In this document: in pieces, positions 60,319 through 64,000 of the stretch
Numbering within the stretch: position 1 is the first letter of the stretch
Layout: the number at the start of each line of letters is the position of its first letter
Assembly (NCBI GenBank): GCA_963811165.1
Contig: CAWEQH010000004.1
Location: 288,001-352,000, forward strand
DNA length: 64,000 nucleotides
Source: an uncultured Nitrospiraceae bacterium
GTDB taxonomy: Bacteria; Nitrospirota; Thermodesulfovibrionia; Thermodesulfovibrionales; UBA6898
Direction: 5' to 3'
The notes under the pieces: model-generated
What the model was told of the DNA's origin: nothing
What the model saw: the letters and a program-made list of their open reading frames with translations, nothing else
The model's database searches: none
Program-made: the position numbers and the translations under genes

Positions 60319-60693
60319 ATGGAAAAGAAAAAATTCGTATTCATTATTACTCAATCTGATGACAAACCCGATATAGTTGCGGGCGCAATGCAACTGGCGA
60401 CAAACATGAAAGCATTCGATACGGAACTCGATTTCTTTCTCATGGATGCCGGCGTGAAGCTTGCAAAAAAAGGTTTTGCAGAGACGCTTACATCTCAGAA
60501 AAAGGATGAGTTTTCGCCGGTACATGAGCTAATGAAAACCCTCATTGAGGACTTCGGGGTAAAGTTCTATATTTGCGCATCATGCGTCAATCATTACGGA
60601 CTAGACAAGGCGGAGCGCATTCCCAATTCAGAGATCAAACCGGGATCATTCCTGGGAGAGATGCTGCTCGAACGGGAAGGATTGACGTTTTGA
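60319..60693 (+). CDS. DsrE/DsrF-like sulfur-relay family protein
   Basis: FFL.DAGV, GV.FY.CASC; AGGAG RBS. Confidence 0.8.
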   Translation: MEKKKFVFIITQSDDKPDIVAGAMQLATNMKAFDTELDFFLMDAGVKLAKKGFAETLTSQKKDEFSPVHELMKTLIEDFGVKFYICASCVNHYGLDKAERIPNSEIKPGSFLGEMLLEREGLTF

Positions 60694-60835
60694 GTACCCT
60701 AAGCGGCACATCCCGGATTGTGAAAAAGAGTATTTGGATTCGCACCCTGACGGAAGTGGCTGGATAGTATGAACGCTTCTGAAAAGGCGGCACATGTTTA
60801 GATCCGCTGAAAAAACTTTTTAAAGGAGGTCTTTA

Positions 60836-61288
60836 ATGAAAAAAGTTATGGCGTCGGTTCTGGCCCTTTGCTTTTTTATGTTGACCGCTGAATCTTTCGC
60901 TCAGCCTACGATCAAATGGAAAGGAGGCGGCGGATGGGGAATGGGGTCGCATTATGGCAGGATGTACGACCCTAAGACAGTCGAAACTATAAGCGGTGTC
61001 GTTGAAAAGGTTGAAAAGATAACCCCGATGAAAGGGATGTCTTACGGCGTTCACGTTGTCGTCAAGACAGAGAAAGAAACGATCGACGTTCATCTTGGAC
61101 CGGGGTGGTACATTGAGAATCAGGACGTGAAGCTAATGCCGGGAGACAAAGTTGAAATCACAGGTTCCAGGATTACCTTTCAGGACAAGCCGGCAATCAT
61201 AGCGGCAGACGTTAAAAAAGGGGACGAAATCCTGAAACTGAGGGATGAAAACGGCTTCCCTGCATGGGCTGGCTGGAGACGGCGTTAA
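60836..61288 (+). CDS. Secreted OB-fold-like protein (YDP.TVET...VHLGP.WY family)
   Basis: Signal peptide, Gly-rich linker, VHLGP, GD.VE.TGSR, LRDE.G.P.W. Confidence 0.75.
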   Translation: MKKVMASVLALCFFMLTAESFAQPTIKWKGGGGWGMGSHYGRMYDPKTVETISGVVEKVEKITPMKGMSYGVHVVVKTEKETIDVHLGPGWYIENQDVKLMPGDKVEITGSRITFQDKPAIIAADVKKGDEILKLRDENGFPAWAGWRRR

Positions 61289-61419
61289 GGAATCCGATAT
61301 GGGGCGCGAATCCGAATTTATCGCTTGGCTGAATGGAAGATGAGATTTATGGAGGTTCCCGGTTCCACGCCTTCAGTGTATTTACATAATCAAGAAGGTT
61401 TTTGGGAAGGGGGTACATC

Positions 61420-61764
61420 ATGAGGAAGGAAACAATTATAAATCAGTTGAGAGCGTTTCATTTTTTGTCAGGGGTATTAAAGAACCAGCAACACGACCCA
61501 CTCTGCGGTAAATGTCTTGCCTTTGAGAAGGTGGCGGAGACCACCATGGACAATTTTATAAAATGCGAAAGGGACTGCAGGTCTGGAAGGGAACATTTAT
61601 CCAAAGAATTGTCGGACTTGTTCCTTCGGGTCTATGACAAATTGGCCTCAATTGAGCATCCTGATAATCCAATAGGACAAAAGAAAGCCGGAAACTGCAA
61701 ACTGCCCGAAGGGCTCTGTTTTACAAAGGTTGCAGTTTTACTGCATGAAGCAATGGAAAATTAG
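61420..61764 (+). CDS. Hypothetical Cys-containing protein
   Basis: HDPLCGKC and GNCKLPEGLC motifs. Confidence 0.65.
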   Translation: MRKETIINQLRAFHFLSGVLKNQQHDPLCGKCLAFEKVAETTMDNFIKCERDCRSGREHLSKELSDLFLRVYDKLASIEHPDNPIGQKKAGNCKLPEGLCFTKVAVLLHEAMEN

Positions 61765-61795
61765 TTCGGGGTCGCAGAAGTGAAGGGAGGTCATC

Positions 61796-62050
61796 GTGCC
61801 GTTCTATGAATATGTATGTGAAGAGTGCGGACACAGGAGTGAATTCAGACAATCAATTCATGATGCGCCGCTAATGGCCTGCCCGGAATGCTCGGGCAAA
61901 TTGCGCAGACTTATTTCCGGGGGAAACGGATTTATTGTGAAGGGCCTAACCGGCGGTGAGGCTCTTCAGCCCCGCTGTGGAAGGGACCACACATGCTGCG
62001 GGAGCGCAGCGCCCTGCGATTCTCCCGGCTGTGGCATCGGCGGAAAATAA
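61796..62050 (+). CDS. FmdB-family zinc ribbon protein with Cys-rich tail
   Basis: MP.YEY.C..CG...CPEC; tail C....CC.....C....C; GGGAGG RBS. Confidence 0.88.
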   Translation: MPFYEYVCEECGHRSEFRQSIHDAPLMACPECSGKLRRLISGGNGFIVKGLTGGEALQPRCGRDHTCCGSAAPCDSPGCGIGGK

Positions 62051-62150
62051 AAATAAAGAGAGAGAAGGCGGGCGGGCGGCCCAGGCTTTTAGTAAACCCT
62101 TCGGGAGGCTCCCTCTTCTTAGATAGGGCAAAGATCGGACCCGACGCCGC

Positions 62151-62333
62151 TCATTCATTCTTCCGTTGGTAATCAGCCCCGACGCGGGATTTCTTGATTT
62201 TTTTCCAAAGGGCTTGTCTGCTGATGCCCAGCAATCTGGCGGCCTAGTTTTTTTTCCCGCCCGCCTGCCTCAAGGCCTCCAGCAGCCGATCTCGCCCGCC
62301 CGGTCCTGCGGGAGCACAGGAGCGCTGATGTCT
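62151..62333 (-). pseudogene. Fis-type HTH relic (C-terminus of a sigma54 activator-like gene)
   Basis: RLLEALRQAGGKKN*AARLLGISRQALWKKIKK, TAG at 62244-62246, no start codon. Confidence 0.7.
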
Positions 62334-62389
62334 TCATCTGGCAGATATAAGAGGGGGAAAGCATACTTTTTCAGGTCAAGAAAGCTACT

Positions 62390-63604
62390 GTGGAAGATCT
62401 AAATACGGGCAAAAGACAGATAGTCGCCTACGCAGGTAAAAAGTTAGCGGGCACATCCGTAGCGTTATATATTTTTTTTGCGGCTGCCAAATTTTCTCTT
62501 TACCTCCTCTCGGGAAGCTCATCTCTCTTGGCTGAAACAGTGCATTCGCTTGCAGACGTCATAGGAGGCCTCCTTGTGATAGGAGGGATATACCTTTCAG
62601 AAAAAAAATCAGAGCGATTCCCGTGGGGACTCTATAAGGTTGAAAATATCGTAGCGCTTCTTTCCGCGTGCGTAATATTCCTTTCCGCATATGGGATGGC
62701 AAAGACAATATATCATCCTTCTATCGAGGGCATGAGAAACCTCGACATGACGTTGATTGTTCTTTTTTTGATGACCGTTCCAATCATCCTTTTTTCAAGG
62801 TATGAAGCAAGAAGAGCAAAAGCGATAAATTTCCCCTCATTGATGGCCGACGCGGCGCACTGGAGGGCAGATATCGCACCCATTGTCGTAGTGGCGGCGG
62901 GCATAGCCGGTGCGCGCCTTTCTTACCCTTTTGCGGACAGAGTTTCGGCCTTTGTGGTTCTTCTCGTGGTCATCAAAGCAGGATATGGGATATTCAGGGA
63001 TTCCATGAAGAGCCTCCTGGATGCATCCGTGGACAGGGTGACGTTGGACAAGATAAACGATGTCCTGGGGGAATTCCAGGAGGTCAAGGAGGTCGTTTCG
63101 GTGCACGCACGGAATTCGGGTAGGTTCATATTCATAAGTATGGATGTGCGCCTCTCTTCGAAAACGCTTAAGGATGCCCACGAACTCGCAGATCGCATCG
63201 AAGGGGAGATAAAAAGCCGCATTCCATTTGTGGAGAGAGTGACGATCCATTATGAGCCGCAGAGGAAGGACTACACGCGATATGCCGTGCCCCTCGCCGA
63301 CAGAGATGATGCCGTCTCCGAGCATTTCAGCAACGCACCGTTTATTGCCGTATGGGATAAGGGTCCGGATGGAGCGGTGATATCAAGAGAGACACTCGAA
63401 AACCCCTTCCTAACCCTGGAGAAGAGGAAGGGGATAAGTCTGGCGACGTTCCTCGTGGAAAAAGAGATAGATATCCTCTATACAAGGGAGTCCTTCGACG
63501 GCAAGGGTCCGGAATATGTCCTTGCCAATGCCGGCATCGAGGTAAGAAGAGTCGATAGTGAGAGCATGAACATATTGATAATGGAGCACGATGGCAAAAA
63601 GTGA
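62390..63604 (+). CDS. Cation diffusion facilitator fused to a NifB/NifX-like domain
   Basis: HSLAD, H..AD, dimerisation domain ending IHYEP, then SEHFSNAP. Confidence 0.9.
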   Translation: MEDLNTGKRQIVAYAGKKLAGTSVALYIFFAAAKFSLYLLSGSSSLLAETVHSLADVIGGLLVIGGIYLSEKKSERFPWGLYKVENIVALLSACVIFLSAYGMAKTIYHPSIEGMRNLDMTLIVLFLMTVPIILFSRYEARRAKAINFPSLMADAAHWRADIAPIVVVAAGIAGARLSYPFADRVSAFVVLLVVIKAGYGIFRDSMKSLLDASVDRVTLDKINDVLGEFQEVKEVVSVHARNSGRFIFISMDVRLSSKTLKDAHELADRIEGEIKSRIPFVERVTIHYEPQRKDYTRYAVPLADRDDAVSEHFSNAPFIAVWDKGPDGAVISRETLENPFLTLEKRKGISLATFLVEKEIDILYTRESFDGKGPEYVLANAGIEVRRVDSESMNILIMEHDGKK

Positions 63605-63674
63605 TTCGCGTATCTCGACGGAGATACACGAGAAGGGATAGTAATACAAAGACATTAATGAGGAGGTTTTGCCA

Positions 63675-64000
63675 ATGGATGAAACGAAAGAAGAGAGCCT
63701 GTCGGAGTCGGTACAAGGATATAAGGAGAAAATCATCCCACTCAATAGAGCGACGCTCAAATGGGAGAGAGAACTTATATTCCTGGGCAGGACACAGGAA
63801 GGATACGAGATAGAGTTTGACGGCCATGTCCAGTGGGGCTGCAAACCCACAGACGCCCTGCTTTTGGGTCTTGCGAGCTGTATGGGTATAGATATGGTCA
63901 TGTTCCTTCAGAAGATGAAAATACAACTGGCTGATTTCAGGATAGACATTGTGGGAGAAAGGAACCCGACGCCGCCTCAGTATTTCACTGCAATCGATAT
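63675..64000 (+). CDS. OsmC/Ohr family protein, runs off window
   Basis: Own translation MDETKEE...KPTDALLLGLASCMGID; AGGAGG RBS; not in the ORF track. Confidence 0.82.
   Translation, partial: MDETKEESLSESVQGYKEKIIPLNRATLKWERELIFLGRTQEGYEIEFDGHVQWGCKPTDALLLGLASCMGIDMVMFLQKMKIQLADFRIDIVGERNPTPPQYFTAID

Noticed and set aside
62244..62246. Pyrrolysine readthrough of the TAG in the Fis HTH
   Set aside because: Fragment has no start and no pyl genes are visible; a simple nonsense mutation is more likely
60836..63604. Magnetosome island (CDF as MamB/M, OB-fold as MamS)
   Set aside because: No mamA/K/E/Q/P-like genes; the CDF carries a NifX-like tail instead

Overview
Bacterial chromosomal window with no rRNA, tRNA, CRISPR array, integrase or transposase that I could recognise. 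Gene content suggests an anaerobic Gram-negative, probably Nitrospirota- or Desulfobacterota-like (inference only). Layout: (1) 0-7 kb: 5' end of a cysteine desulfurase, a tetraheme cytochrome + heme-c sensor kinase signalling operon, two PilZ genes and rluA. (2) 7.6-15.6 kb: a giant (~2637 aa if repaired) surface protein with three near-identical 1293-bp tandem repeats and 21 beta-propeller blades, split by a 1-nt deletion. (3) 16-35.7 kb: a redox/nitrosative-stress mosaic with hcp, a globin-coupled pseudokinase, nitroreductase, an RNase H-GIY-YIG fusion, cytochrome P460, a selenocysteine MsrA that the ORF track splits at UGA, histone-H1-like mini-proteins and a GGDEF-EAL protein. (4) 35.8-51.3 kb: core genes (rapZ, hpf, rpoN, lptBAC, aroE, rpe, rsmB, def, fmt). 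(5) 51.6-64 kb: a partly decayed accessory region with an ECF sigma/anti-sigma/ZraP-like/TolC-MFP-ABC operon, a frameshifted chromate transporter and a DUF134/NifB-NifX/DsrE/CDF/OsmC cluster. Several frameshifts sit in homopolymers and may be sequencing artefacts. All family calls come from motif recognition by eye; no database search was run.
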